NCBI RefSeq assembly: GCF_009914755.1
Contig: NC_060947.1
Strand: one strand, 5' to 3'
DNA from: the human T2T-CHM13v2.0 reference genome, Homo sapiens
Length of the DNA: 64,000 bases
Made by a program: the position numbers and the translations under genes
Shown here: piece after piece, positions 62,260 through 64,000 of the stretch
Numbering within the stretch: the stretch's first letter is position 1
How the letters are laid out: every line of letters starts with the position of its first letter
The notes under the pieces: model-generated
The model's input: the letters and a program-made list of their open reading frames with translations, nothing else
Databases searched by the model: none
What the model was told of the DNA's origin: nothing

Positions 62260-64000
62260 TCACCACTGACCCCACAGAAATAGAAACTACCATCAGGGAA
62301 TACTATAAACACCTCTATGCCAACAAACTTGAAAATCTAGAAAAAATGGATCAATTACTGGACAAATACACCCTCCCAAGACTAAACCAAGAAGAAGTTG
62401 AATCCCTGAATAGACCAATAACAAGTGCTGAAATTGAGGCATTAATTTATAGCCTACCAACCAAAAAAAGCCCAGGACCAGATGGATTCACAGCCAAATT
62501 CTACCAGAAATACAAACAGGAGCTGGTACTATTCCTTCTGAAACTATTCCAAACAGTTGAAAAAGAGGGACTCCTCCCTAACTCATTTTATGAAGCCAGC
62601 ATCATCCTGATACCAAAACCTGTCAGAGACACACAAAAATAGTCAACTTCAGGCCAATATCCCTGATGAGCACTGATGCAAAAATCCTTACTAACATACT
62701 GGCAAACCGAATCCAGCTGCACATCAAAAAACTTATCTACCACGATCAAGTTGGCATCATCCCTGGGATGCAAGGCTGGTTCAACATGTGCAAATCAATA
62801 AACATAATCCATCACATAAACAGAACCAAAGACAGAAATCACACTATTATCTCCGTAGATACAGAAAAGGCATTTGATGAAATTCAACATCCCTTCATAT
62901 TAAAAACTCTCAATAAACTAGGCATTGATGGAACATATCTCAAAATAAGTAGAGTTATTTATGACAAACCCACAGCCAATATCATATTGAATGGGCAAAA
63001 ACTGGAAGCATTCCCTTTGAAAACCTGTACAAGACAAGAATGCCCCCTCTCACTACTCCTATTCAACATAGTATTGGACATTCTGGCCAGGGCAAACAGG
63101 TAGGAGAAAGAAATAAAGGGTATTCAAGTAGGAAGAGAGGAAGTCAAATTGTCTCTGTTTAGAAAACCCCATCATCTCAGCCCCAAAACTCCTTAAGCTG
63201 ATAGGTAACTTTAGCAAAGTCTCAGGATACAAAATCAATGTTCAAAAATCATTCCTTTACACCAACAATAGACAAGCAGAGAGCCAAATCATGAATGAAC
63301 TCCCATTCACAACTGGTACGAAGACAATAAAATACCTAGGAATACAGCTAACAAAGAATGTAAAGGACCTCTTCAAGAAGCACTACAAACCACTGCTCAA
63401 GGAAATAAGAGAGGACTCAAACAAATGGAAAAACATTCCATCCTCATGGATAGGAAGAGTCAATATCGTGAAAATGGCCATACTGCCCAAATTAATTTAT
63501 AGATTCAGTACTATTCCCATCAAACTACCATTGACATTCTTCACAGAATTATAAAAAACTACTTTACATTTCATATGGAATCAAAGAAGACCCTATATAG
63601 CCAAGACAATCCTAAGCAAAAAGAACAAAGCTGGAGGCATCACACTACCTGACTTCAAACTGTACTACAAGGCTACAGTCACCAAAACAGCATGGTACTG
63701 GTAACAAAACAGACATACAGACCAATAGAACAGAACAGAGCCCTCAGAAATAACGCCACACATCTACACCCATCTGATCTTCGACAAACCTGACAAAAAC
63801 AAGCAATGGGGAAAGGATATCCTATTCAATAAATGGTGCTAGGAAAACTGGTTAGCCATATGCGGAAAACCGAAACTGGACCCCCTTTTTACACCTCATA
63901 CAAAAATTAACTCAAGATGGATTAAAGGCTTAAATGTAAAACCCAAAACCATAAAAACCCTAGAAGAAAACCTAGGCAATAGACATTCAGGACATAGGCA

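Overview
AT-rich, repeat-dense primate (almost certainly human) non-coding DNA. A near-consensus AluYa5-lineage element points to human. I find no supportable host protein-coding gene, tRNA/rRNA or CRISPR. The longer ORFs in the track are remnants of L1 ORF1/ORF2, Tigger1 transposase, the THE1 internal region, or Alu read-through. Most of the window is transposon-derived: 13 Alus (J, S, Y, Yd, Ya5-lineage), many L1s from ancient L1M to young L1PA2/3, near full-length Tigger1 and Tigger3b, a complete two-LTR THE1 element, solo MaLR/ERV LTRs, MER33, MER5, MIR and L2. Subfamily calls come from recalled consensus diagnostics, not a RepeatMasker run. I found no convincing new biological system. The notable signals are structural: a nested L1/Alu inverted-repeat foldback (47.5-50.1 kb), a twin-primed young L1, two tail-less L1 fragments, an internally deleted L1 with unexplained 5' sequence, a locally inverted L1 piece, two perfect palindromes, and a possible LTR-driven spliced transcript start.
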